From: Gemmatimonadota bacterium
GTDB lineage: Bacteria; Gemmatimonadota; Gemmatimonadetes; Longimicrobiales; Gaopeijiaceae
Direction: 5' to 3'
DNA: 36,688 bases
Assembly (NCBI GenBank): GCA_039589315.1
Contig: JBDHHQ010000062.1
Span: 1-36,688 of the forward strand
A program made the translations under genes and the position numbers. Below the pieces are notes generated by a model. The model was given only the letters and a program-made list of their open reading frames with translations, had not been told where the DNA came from and did not search any database. This document shows, in pieces, positions 27,801 to 36,318 of the stretch (position 1 is the first letter of the stretch; every line of letters starts with the position of its first letter).

Positions 27801-29366
27801 CTACGGAGGGCGATCCCCTAGTGAGCCTATCGTAACGACTCGTCCCGATGCGAGGTGGGTCACATACAGACGGCTCGGCCCGGTGTCGGAGTCTTTAAAG
27901 GCCAGCAGCTCGCCATTGGGAGAGAGCTGCCCGGACTGACCGTCCAGGTTGGGCAGACCGCACGTGAGGCATTCTTTGCCCGAGCCGAGGGCCGAGATGC
28001 TGTAAACCTGCTTGGTCCCGGCTTCGTCGAAGTCGGTGTACACTAGCTTCCCATCAGGGGCCCACTGAAGCGAGAAGGTGTAGAGCACACCAGCCGTAAC
28101 CGCGGTCACCTTCCGCACCGCCCCGCCAAGCGAGGTCATCGTATAGACGCCGGCACCGTCCCGAATCGAATAGAAGGCGAGGTGTTGTCCGTCCGGTGAC
28201 CAGGTGGGGTGCGCGTCCGCGCCTGTATGTGTCTCTGTCAGGTTCAGCCGATTCGCGCCCGACAGATCGGAGATCCACACGTCATCGTTACCCGATTCGT
28301 CCGAGACGTAGGCGATGAGGTTACCGGCGGGATTCCACGCCGGCTGCTTCTCGATCGCGACCGTGGCCAGGAACGGCGTGGTCCGTGGTGCGGCGATCGG
28401 GTCCGTAGCCATGGGCTCGGCTCGACCGCGCGCCGACACCCACCACCCGATTCCTACGACAGCGAGCGTGAGGCCGGCGGCGATGGCCCACTGCACGGGC
28501 AGGCGGGGCAGACGCGCGGCTGGACCCGCCACTGCCGCGCCCGCCAGCACGTCGGCGAGCTCGCCTGCGGTGGCAAAGCGGTCGGCCGGCGACCTGGCGA
28601 GCGTCTTCATGACCGCTTGGTCGACACGTTCGGGCACGGTCTCTCGCAGCACGCGCGGACGGATGGGACGCTCGGTGATCAGCTTCGCGACGATCGCGTG
28701 CGTGGTGGGCCCGGTGTAAGGCGGCTCCCCCGTCAGCATCTCGTACAACACGGCGCCCAGCGAGTAGATGTCGCTGCGGGCATCCGTCGGCTCCCCCGTG
28801 GCCTGCTCGGGGCTCATGTACTGGGGCGTGCCAACGCTCAGGCCCGTCTGTGTCAATCGCTCTTGACCCGTAGCTGCCACGGCTTTGGCGATCCCGAAGT
28901 CCGCCACCACGGCTTGTCCTTCTTCGAAGAGGACGTTCGCCGGCTTGATGTCGCGGTGGATCACGCCCCGCCGGTGGGCCAAGTCCAGGGCGCCGGCCAC
29001 CTCCCGGGCGATCTGCAGCGCGTCGTCGAGGGGGAGCTGTCTCTCACGGTCGAGCCGCTGACGCAGCGATTCGCCCTCGACGTACGGCATCACGAAGTAG
29101 AGGAGGCCGTCGGCCTCTCCCGAATCGTGAACCGGCAGGATGTGGGGATGCGTGAGGTTGGCGGCGATCTCGATCTCGCGCAGGAATCGTTCAGCTCCGA
29201 GGGCTGACGCGAGCTCAGGCTTCAGGACCTTCACCGCGACCTTGCGATGGTGCTTCAGATCCTCGGCCAGGTAGACCGTGGCCATGCCGCCCGCGCCGAG
29301 CTCCCGCTCGATGCGGTAGCGGTCCTCCAGGGCCGTGTTCAGCCGGGTGACGACGGGATCCGACAC
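27801..29366 (-). CDS. Ser/Thr protein kinase - TM - partial PD40 beta-propeller (C-terminally truncated)
   Basis: Complete kinase motifs (HRDIKPANVL, DFG, GTPQYMSPEQ) and a TM segment, but only about 4 propeller blades before an abrupt stop. Confidence 0.88.
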   Translation of the reverse strand: MSDPVVTRLNTALEDRYRIERELGAGGMATVYLAEDLKHHRKVAVKVLKPELASALGAERFLREIEIAANLTHPHILPVHDSGEADGLLYFVMPYVEGESLRQRLDRERQLPLDDALQIAREVAGALDLAHRRGVIHRDIKPANVLFEEGQAVVADFGIAKAVAATGQERLTQTGLSVGTPQYMSPEQATGEPTDARSDIYSLGAVLYEMLTGEPPYTGPTTHAIVAKLITERPIRPRVLRETVPERVDQAVMKTLARSPADRFATAGELADVLAGAAVAGPAARLPRLPVQWAIAAGLTLAVVGIGWWVSARGRAEPMATDPIAAPRTTPFLATVAIEKQPAWNPAGNLIAYVSDESGNDDVWISDLSGANRLNLTETHTGADAHPTWSPDGQHLAFYSIRDGAGVYTMTSLGGAVRKVTAVTAGVLYTFSLQWAPDGKLVYTDFDEAGTKQVYSISALGSGKECLTCGLPNLDGQSGQLSPNGELLAFKDSDTGPSRLYVTHLASGRVVTIGSLGDRPP

Positions 29367-29407
29367 CAGCCTGTCCTCGACGGGGGAACTGCGCCCGCGA
29401 TGAGTTC

Positions 29408-29437
29408 AAGATCCTACCTGTCTCCGGTGGGACGCAA
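29408..29437 (-). promoter_or_regulatory. Putative promoter TTGCGT-N18-GATCTT
   Basis: Conserved with the upstream region of the first kinase. Confidence 0.5.
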
Positions 29438-29698
29438 GAAAGAGAGGCGGGATCCGATCAAGGTTGTCGGGAACAAGAGTTTCCTTGTAGGGAAGCTGAT
29501 CGTGGCAGGATAATTGAACTCGTTGGAGCTTCTGAACGTGGTCGACGCGACGAGGGGGGCCTCACGCCGCTGACGAATCCGCCCCTCGCCCCCAAGCCGG
29601 AGACGTCTCCCCCCCGGATAGCCAGCCGGCACTTGTCTTCTGCTTGACTCACTCGGGTCACTATGCTCCGCATCGTTCCGAGAGCCCGGAGAAGCCTC

Positions 29699-31252
29699 AT
29701 GCGACCGAGTACCAGCAGGTCCAGCAACGTCGTTCTCATCAGTCTGGCGACCGTGCTGGTGGGCCAGTGGGCGTGCAACGTGACGTCGGAGCAGACCAGT
29801 CAGCTCGAGCCAGCCGAGTACGCCTCGGGAGATGGACTCCCGGACCAGTACTATGTCACGGAGGGGGTGGTCGAAAACACCGGCCGCGTGGTCCGCTTCA
29901 ACAACGTGCCCCCGCGGGTCACTCCGGATAGCATCTTCGCATACGTCGAGTACGGATCCCCTTATGCGGCGGCCTTGGCAGACATCGACCGAGTCCTGGT
30001 GGCGTGGGAGCAGACGGATGTCGCGTCTTCGCTCGCCGCGAGCGTGGGCGTCGCGTTGGCCGTGGTCGCTGGAATTGCGGCCCTGGTAGCCCTCACCAAG
30101 GAATCGTGCCCCTTCGTCTACTCGTGGGACGGCGAGCGGTTCGTTTTCGACGCCGAGCCCTATGGAGGGGCCACCACGCGGGGCCTGGAGCGAGCGGACT
30201 ACAGCGAGCTGGAGCATCTGGTCGCTGCAAACGGGGAGTATCGACTGCAGGTCACCAATGAGGTCGACGAGACGCAGCACACCAACCTGTTCGAGCTCTG
30301 GGTCGTGGACCACGAGCCGGGAACGCGAGTGGTCGCGGGACCTGATGGTACGCTTCACACGGTTCGAGCTCCCATGCGTCCCACGACCGTCCGAGACGCC
30401 AGCGGCCAAGATCTGACGCCATGGCTCAGGGAGACCGACCACCTCATCTGGGAGCATCTCCCGGTGGCCACGGAGACCGGCGACCTACGGCAGGACCTGG
30501 TCATGACCTTCCCCAAGCCCGGGGAGAGTCACGAAGGCAAGCTGATAGCGAACGTAACCACGGGTCTATGGGGTTCGCACATGATCCGATTGCTGCTGGA
30601 GATGCGGGGCACGGCGGTCGGTGATTACTACGCGTTCGTCGACGAAGTGCCTCAGGCCGCGGAGTTGGTGGAAGCGTGGAATCTCCGGGAAGAGCTCTTT
30701 GCGGTGAAGCTATATGTGAAAGAGCCGACGGGATGGGAGGAACGGGGAATCCTGCCGGCGGGGGGGCCGTTCATCGCTGAGCATCGCGCGATCCGTCTGG
30801 ACCTGAGCAGGGTCCAGGGCGACTCCGTTCAGATTCGCCTGCGACCGCCGGTCGGGTTCTGGGCGCTGAACTCGTTCGCGATGGAGTACAGTGTCGACGA
30901 GCCGGTTTCGGCAACCGTGGTCCAACCGAAGTACGCCAAGACTCGGGACGGCAGAGACGTCCTCGCCGCTCTGCGGGCCGCCGACGACCTGTATTATGAC
31001 ATGCCGACGAAACAAGATCGAGCGGAGTTGAGATTCGACGCGCCGGATCCGGTCCCAGGTTACGACCGGACCGTCTTCCTCCATTCCCAGGGCTACTATC
31101 GCCTCCATCTGCTCTCGGATATGCCTCCGGACTTGGCGAGCATTCGCGAGATAGAACAGGTGCCGGACGCCACCGTGCGCCTCGCCGTGGAGAGGTATGC
31201 CGAGTGGCGCGCACTGCGGGCGGACGGTGAGCTGGTACCTCCAAGGAGGTAG
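29699..31252 (+). CDS. Hypothetical lipoprotein with internal TM and SCPFVYSWDG-motif domain
   Basis: GGAG precedes ATG 29699 (alternative start 29663). Lipobox QWAC, internal hydrophobic helix, and KESCPFVYSWDGERF...NEVDETQHTN..LWVVDH. Confidence 0.8.
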   Translation: MRPSTSRSSNVVLISLATVLVGQWACNVTSEQTSQLEPAEYASGDGLPDQYYVTEGVVENTGRVVRFNNVPPRVTPDSIFAYVEYGSPYAAALADIDRVLVAWEQTDVASSLAASVGVALAVVAGIAALVALTKESCPFVYSWDGERFVFDAEPYGGATTRGLERADYSELEHLVAANGEYRLQVTNEVDETQHTNLFELWVVDHEPGTRVVAGPDGTLHTVRAPMRPTTVRDASGQDLTPWLRETDHLIWEHLPVATETGDLRQDLVMTFPKPGESHEGKLIANVTTGLWGSHMIRLLLEMRGTAVGDYYAFVDEVPQAAELVEAWNLREELFAVKLYVKEPTGWEERGILPAGGPFIAEHRAIRLDLSRVQGDSVQIRLRPPVGFWALNSFAMEYSVDEPVSATVVQPKYAKTRDGRDVLAALRAADDLYYDMPTKQDRAELRFDAPDPVPGYDRTVFLHSQGYYRLHLLSDMPPDLASIREIEQVPDATVRLAVERYAEWRALRADGELVPPRR

Positions 31253-31259
31253 GAGGACT

Positions 31260-32006
31260 ATGAAGCCCGCCAACGGGCGTCCGTGGGCCCTCGTGACGGG
31301 AGGCAGCCGAGGCATCGGTCGAGCAGTCGCTGAACACCTCGCAGGCAACGGCTGGAACCTGTCTATCGCCTATCTCCGCAACCACGAAGCGGCTCACTCG
31401 GTCGCCCAAGCGGTAGAGAGCCTGGGCGCCCGCTGCGTTGTCGCCGAGTGCAACGTGGCAGACCCGGTGGCTTGTTCGGAGCTCGTTGAAGAGACTGCGC
31501 GGGCGGCAGGCAGGTTGCAGGGCCTCGTCCATGCGGCTGGCCTGGGTGCTCTCAAGCCGATTCTCGACACCCGTCCCAACCGGTGGCGCCTGACCTGGGA
31601 TTCTCATGTGGGCGGTCTGCTTCATCTGCTGTCGGCTGGAGCTTCGCTGCTTGCCGGAGGTAGCGTGGTTGCGCTCACGAGCCTGGGGGCACGTCGGGTA
31701 ATGCCGGGCTATGGATCGATTGCGGCCACCAAGAGCGGGCTCGAGTCCGTGGTCCGGTACCTGGCGGTTGAGCTGGCACCTCTCGACATCAACGTCAATG
31801 CAGTTTGCGGGGGACCGGTGGACACGGACTCGCTCCGGAGCTTCGAGACCTACGACACGGTCAAACGCATGAGTGCATCGAGCGTGGCCGGACGGCTCGG
31901 CAATCCCCAAGACCTCGCTCCCATCGTGGGCTTTCTCCTCGACCCTGCCTCACGCTGGATCCGCGGGCAGATCATCGTGGCGGACGGCGGACTCGGACTA
32001 CACTGA
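31260..32006 (+). CDS. fabL: SDR oxidoreductase, FabL-like enoyl-ACP reductase
   Basis: TGGSRGIG, a Y-x6-K active site (YGSIAATK), and LESVVRYLAVELAP..INVNAVCGGPVDTDSL. AGGAGG RBS. Confidence 0.8.
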   Translation: MKPANGRPWALVTGGSRGIGRAVAEHLAGNGWNLSIAYLRNHEAAHSVAQAVESLGARCVVAECNVADPVACSELVEETARAAGRLQGLVHAAGLGALKPILDTRPNRWRLTWDSHVGGLLHLLSAGASLLAGGSVVALTSLGARRVMPGYGSIAATKSGLESVVRYLAVELAPLDINVNAVCGGPVDTDSLRSFETYDTVKRMSASSVAGRLGNPQDLAPIVGFLLDPASRWIRGQIIVADGGLGLH

Positions 32007-32007
32007 C

Positions 32008-32499
32008 ATGCGTCACTATTGGGTGGACCGGATTACGGAGATCGAGCCGGGCGAGCGAGCGATCGGTGTCAAAGCCGTGAGCCTGACGATGGACGCGTTA
32101 CACGATCACTTCCCGGGAAACCCGGTGCTCCCAGGCATCTTCATCATCGAGGGTCTTGCTCAGACAGGGGGAGCGCTACTGAGCAAGGCCGAAAACGCTC
32201 GCCGATTTGCGCTGATGAGCAGCGTGGATCGCGCCCGTTTCTCGTCCTTCGCCCGCCCGGGGGACGTGATCGAGTACGCCGTCGAAGTGGAGCACCGGGA
32301 CGGCGACAGCGTCATTGTGATAGGCACCGCCTGCGTGGGATCGCGCTCGGTCGCGAAGGCGCGGATCACCTTTCGCATGGTGCCAACCGAACAAGTCTTT
32401 GCCAGCGCCTATCTCGGGTTCTGGACCGAGACATTACGTGGATGGTTTGGGGACGGGGCAAGCGATGATGACGCCCTGAAGGAGTCGGATGGTGCGTGA
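32008..32499 (+). CDS. fabZ: 3-hydroxyacyl-ACP dehydratase (FabZ/FabA hotdog family)
   Basis: VDRITE...GVKAVS...DHFPGNPVLPG..IIEGLAQ and ARF...RPGD. Confidence 0.88.
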   Translation: MRHYWVDRITEIEPGERAIGVKAVSLTMDALHDHFPGNPVLPGIFIIEGLAQTGGALLSKAENARRFALMSSVDRARFSSFARPGDVIEYAVEVEHRDGDSVIVIGTACVGSRSVAKARITFRMVPTEQVFASAYLGFWTETLRGWFGDGASDDDALKESDGA

Positions 32500-33793
32500 A
32501 CGGGTCGTCGTCACGGGCATAGGCGTCGTGGCACCGAACGGGCTAGGCGCCGAGGCGTTCGTCGAGGGTCTTCGGGAAGGGCGATCGGGCGTCGGGCCGA
32601 TTCAGGCCTTTGATTGCGCCGGGTTCGCCACGCGAATCGCCGCGGAGGTAGACACGGATGCTCTCGAGCTCGAGCGGTACGTCAAGCCCCTGAAGATGGT
32701 GAAGCTCATGAGCAGAGCGGCCAGGTTCGCCGTGGTCGCGGCTGGGATGGCCCGGCGTAATTCGAAGCTGGACTTCGACGCCGTGGACCCCGGGCGCGTG
32801 GCCGTATCGTTGGGCGCTGGCGGCATGGGTCCCTCCGACAACGATATGTTGGAGAACGAAGCTATGGCGCTGCTCGACTCGCACGAGTCCCGAGCCGCGG
32901 GACTGGACGTGCCGGCGTTCGCCAAGGCCTTCGCCGCCCGCACGAACCCCATCCTGCTTCTCCGCGGTTTGCCCAACATCGCGGCGAGCCACGTGGCCAT
33001 TCAGCAACGCGCTCGTGGTCCGAACAACACCGTCACCACGGCTTGCACCGCGGGAACCCAGGCAATCGGCGAAGGCGTTCGAAAGATCCGATGCGGTGAC
33101 GCCGACGTGGTTCTGGCAGGCGGTACGGATGCCATGGTCAACCCAGTGGGCGTTCTGGGGTTCTCGATGCTGGGAACGCTCTCCGAGCGCAACGATTGCC
33201 CCGAGCAGGCGGCTCGGCCTTTCGACCGGACCCGAGACGGGTTCGTGATCGGTGAGGGTGCGGCAATCCTCGTCCTGGAGCGGGAATCCTTCGCGCAGGC
33301 GCGCGGCGCGGACATCCTGGGCGAGATCGCAGGCTATGGCGCGACTTGCGACGCCTACCGGATCACCGACGAACGTCCCGACGCCTCCGGCGCGGTTGCA
33401 GCGATTCGGGCCGCTCTGCGTGACGCCGACGCTGTCGGTGCCGACGTGGACTACGTGAACGCCCACGGCACAGGGACCCGGATGAACGACGAAGTCGAAG
33501 CGCGAGCCCTGACGCAGGTTCTTGGCCCCAGTGCCGGAGCTGTCCCGGTGAGCTCCACGAAGTCCATGATCGGCCATCTCCTGGCGGCGGCCGGCGCTGC
33601 TGAGGCTGTGGCCTGCCTCATAGCCATCAACAACGGCTTCGTCCCTCCGACGATCAACTACAGAGAGCCGGACCCGGACTGCGCCGTGGACCCGGTGCCG
33701 AACCGGTCGAGGGAGTTGGACGTGACCCTTGCCCTGAGCAACTCATTCGGATTCGGAGGACAGAACGCATGCCTGGCTATAAGACGGTACTGA
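32489..33793 (+). CDS. fabF: Beta-ketoacyl-ACP synthase II family
   Basis: RVVVTGIG, TACTAG (Cys), NAHGTGT, KSMIGH and SNSFGFGGQN. It overlaps the fabZ stop. Confidence 0.92.
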   Translation: MVRERVVVTGIGVVAPNGLGAEAFVEGLREGRSGVGPIQAFDCAGFATRIAAEVDTDALELERYVKPLKMVKLMSRAARFAVVAAGMARRNSKLDFDAVDPGRVAVSLGAGGMGPSDNDMLENEAMALLDSHESRAAGLDVPAFAKAFAARTNPILLLRGLPNIAASHVAIQQRARGPNNTVTTACTAGTQAIGEGVRKIRCGDADVVLAGGTDAMVNPVGVLGFSMLGTLSERNDCPEQAARPFDRTRDGFVIGEGAAILVLERESFAQARGADILGEIAGYGATCDAYRITDERPDASGAVAAIRAALRDADAVGADVDYVNAHGTGTRMNDEVEARALTQVLGPSAGAVPVSSTKSMIGHLLAAAGAAEAVACLIAINNGFVPPTINYREPDPDCAVDPVPNRSRELDVTLALSNSFGFGGQNACLAIRRY

Positions 33794-34080
33794 CCCCAGC
33801 GTCGATCCTCGCCGGCTCGCGGGAGATCGTCGCCCGGGTGCTCTTCGTGCCTGTCGGCGACGTGCACCCCGAGTCTGAGCTGATCGCCGACCTGGGGGCC
33901 GAGTCCATCGACTTCGTGGACCTCGTCTTTCAGCTCGAGGACCTGTTGGGAGAGAAGGTTACGGTCGCTCGTTGGGACCGGTGGCTGCGCTCCGAGTCTG
34001 CCCGCCTCGACCGGGCCGCGGCAGTGACCGTGAAGGGATTCGCGGAGTTCGCTCGAGCCGTGGCGGACGGACGCGCCTGA
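33769..34080 (+). CDS. Acyl carrier protein
   Basis: DLGAESIDFVDLVFQLED phosphopantetheine-site motif. It overlaps the fabF end, and the exact start is uncertain. Confidence 0.88.
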   Translation: MPGYKTVLTPASILAGSREIVARVLFVPVGDVHPESELIADLGAESIDFVDLVFQLEDLLGEKVTVARWDRWLRSESARLDRAAAVTVKGFAEFARAVADGRA

Positions 34081-34554
34081 GCCCTCTCGGACTCCGTCAG
34101 GTAGCATTCGGAACAGCAGCCAGGGGCTAGACGAGTTGGCCGAAGATGAACGACCCAACGCCTCTGCGGCGTGAGTGAGTAGGGGTGGGGCAAACCCCCA
34201 CGTCGACCTGCTCCCCTTTCCCTACGCCCCTACCAGACTACGCGCATTAGTCTGAATACGGGGTAGTTTCGCCCGGCTTGGTTTCAGGAGCCGGGTGCTC
34301 CATCCGCCGGGAGCCTGACGAGTGGGTTGGCGCTATCGGTAGACGGAACGCAGGTCGTGGCTCGTTCGTCAGTGTCAGGACAGCTTGGCCACTACCGTCA
34401 GCACGCCCTCTCATCGTTGGCATGGACCTGACGATCCGAGGCGCGTGAGTCCGGGTGGTTGGAGTATAGAAGTATGTGCAGTGCGTTGCTGATGATGGAT
34501 CAAGAGGTGCCCCAGAGGTTCGCCCGGGCGCTCGTCCGGTGGATGGCGCGCGCC

Positions 34555-36318
34555 TCAGTTGAGGCCCACCGCCTCTAACGCTGCCTCGTAGCGCGGGTTC
34601 CCGTCCAGGGAGCGGAATACCACGCTGCCACCGATGGTCATCATGTCCCAAACCCGGTCCCGCACGCCTCGCTCGATCACGTCGAGCGCCTCGTCGGTCT
34701 GTCCCACCAGCATCAGTTGGGCGGCGAGCCAGGCGGACGGGTCAGGGTAGCCGTCCCGGCCGGGAAGGGCCTGGGGTTCGCCAGTCGTAGCGTAGGCCTC
34801 GACAGCGTCGACGAAGGCGTCCATTGTGTCCGCACCGGTGCCCAAGAAGTCCCCGGCACCGCCGAACGCGTCCCGAGCGTCACTGAACCGGCCCGCTTCC
34901 AGGAACATGTAACCGAGGTCCAACCAGAGCGCTGCGTAGGTGGGGTTTCGATCCAACGTGTCCTGCGCCTTCGTGATGGCCTCGTCGGTCCGCCCCGCGT
35001 TCAGGAGAATCCTGGCCGCATCTTGTTTGGTCACGGTGGAGAGCCGGTCCAGGTCTTCAGCATGTGCAATGCGCTCCAACGCCTCGTCCCACCGCCGCTG
35101 GCCCATGAGCATGTTGGCATACCACTGGTGCGCGGTGGCGTACGTGGCATCCAGCGTCAGCGCCCGACGGAATGATCGCTCCGCCGCAGCCCACTCCCAG
35201 TCGAACATCTCTAGGAGCCCCAGCGATGCGTGGGCTTGCGCCAGGTCGGGCTCCAGGGCCAGGGCCTGCTCGGCGGCGTCCCGACCGGCCCGGATGGCCT
35301 GGACCGGATCCATGGCCGCGTATTCGGGGAGCAGGATATACGAGTCGGCCAGCCCGGCCCACGCCTCGGCGTAGCTGGAGTCGAAGGCAATGGCGTCCTC
35401 GAAGTTCGAGATGGCGGCCTCCAGTCCGGCCGCCGTGCGCCGGTTCCAGTTGAACCGGCCCCACCGGACCTTGTCCACCGCCATGACGTTCTCGGACGGC
35501 GGGATCCGGATGGCCGCCTCGGAATCGTAGGACAGCGTCATGCTCAAGGCGTCTGCGATGGCCCGGGCGATCTGGGCCTGGACGTCGAAGACGTCGTCGA
35601 CGGTGGCCTCGTACTGCTCGGTCCAGAGGTCCAGGCCGTCAGCGGCGCTGAGCAGCTCGGCATTGATGCGAACCTCGTCGCCGGCCTTGCGCACGCTGCC
35701 CGCCAGCACAGCCTGCACGCCGAGCTGGCGGCCGATGTCCTGGGGATCGTCGGTCACCTCGCGCAGCGCGAAGGTGGAGGCGCGACCGGCCACGCGGATC
35801 CCGTCGATGCGCCCCACCGCGCCCCTGAGCTCCTCGGTGAGCCCGTCGGCGAAGTAGGCGTTGTCGGACTCGCTGCTCAGGTCGACGAAGGGCATCAAGG
35901 CGATGCGTTCGATGGGCGCGTGGTCGTCTACCGCGGTGGTGGGATCCGCTCCGGTGTCCTGGACCGTACGGCCCGAGAGCCACCACCCCGACACCACGGA
36001 CACGGCGATGCCGGCCAGCACCGCCAGGGCTCCACCGCCGCGCCAGCTCGCACGGGCTGCACCAGCCCCGGTCCGGACCCACCCCCGGGGCGTGAGATCG
36101 TAGATCCACGACAGAGCCAGCGTGACCGGAAAGCCCACCAGCACGGCGGCCACCGTCGCCGAGAAGACCCGCTCGCTCAGGCCGAGGGCGGGCAGCACCA
36201 GATCCAACGCCTGAAGACCTGCGAACGCCACGGCCCCGTAGATGAGGGCCACGCGAACGACGCGTCGTCGCTTCAGCTCGGCGAGTAGGGCCTTGAACCC
36301 CGATTCGTAGTCCGACAT
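34555..36318 (-). CDS. Membrane-anchored TolB-like N-terminal domain + TPR protein
   Basis: ELKRRRVVRVALIY header, IALMPFVDLS..YFADGLTEEL, GSVRKAGDEVRINAEL, TPRs and LDGNPRY. Confidence 0.9.
   Translation of the reverse strand: MSDYESGFKALLAELKRRRVVRVALIYGAVAFAGLQALDLVLPALGLSERVFSATVAAVLVGFPVTLALSWIYDLTPRGWVRTGAGAARASWRGGGALAVLAGIAVSVVSGWWLSGRTVQDTGADPTTAVDDHAPIERIALMPFVDLSSESDNAYFADGLTEELRGAVGRIDGIRVAGRASTFALREVTDDPQDIGRQLGVQAVLAGSVRKAGDEVRINAELLSAADGLDLWTEQYEATVDDVFDVQAQIARAIADALSMTLSYDSEAAIRIPPSENVMAVDKVRWGRFNWNRRTAAGLEAAISNFEDAIAFDSSYAEAWAGLADSYILLPEYAAMDPVQAIRAGRDAAEQALALEPDLAQAHASLGLLEMFDWEWAAAERSFRRALTLDATYATAHQWYANMLMGQRRWDEALERIAHAEDLDRLSTVTKQDAARILLNAGRTDEAITKAQDTLDRNPTYAALWLDLGYMFLEAGRFSDARDAFGGAGDFLGTGADTMDAFVDAVEAYATTGEPQALPGRDGYPDPSAWLAAQLMLVGQTDEALDVIERGVRDRVWDMMTIGGSVVFRSLDGNPRYEAALEAVGLN

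Noticed and set aside
29644..29667. TTGACT...TATGCT promoter for the fab operon
   Set aside because: The spacer is only 12 nt. The -10 may be real, but the pair is not supportable.
34081..34554. Possible peptide precursor for a lipopeptide next to the fab operon
   Set aside because: No small ORF with an RBS or precursor-like composition, and no peptide-modifying enzymes nearby.
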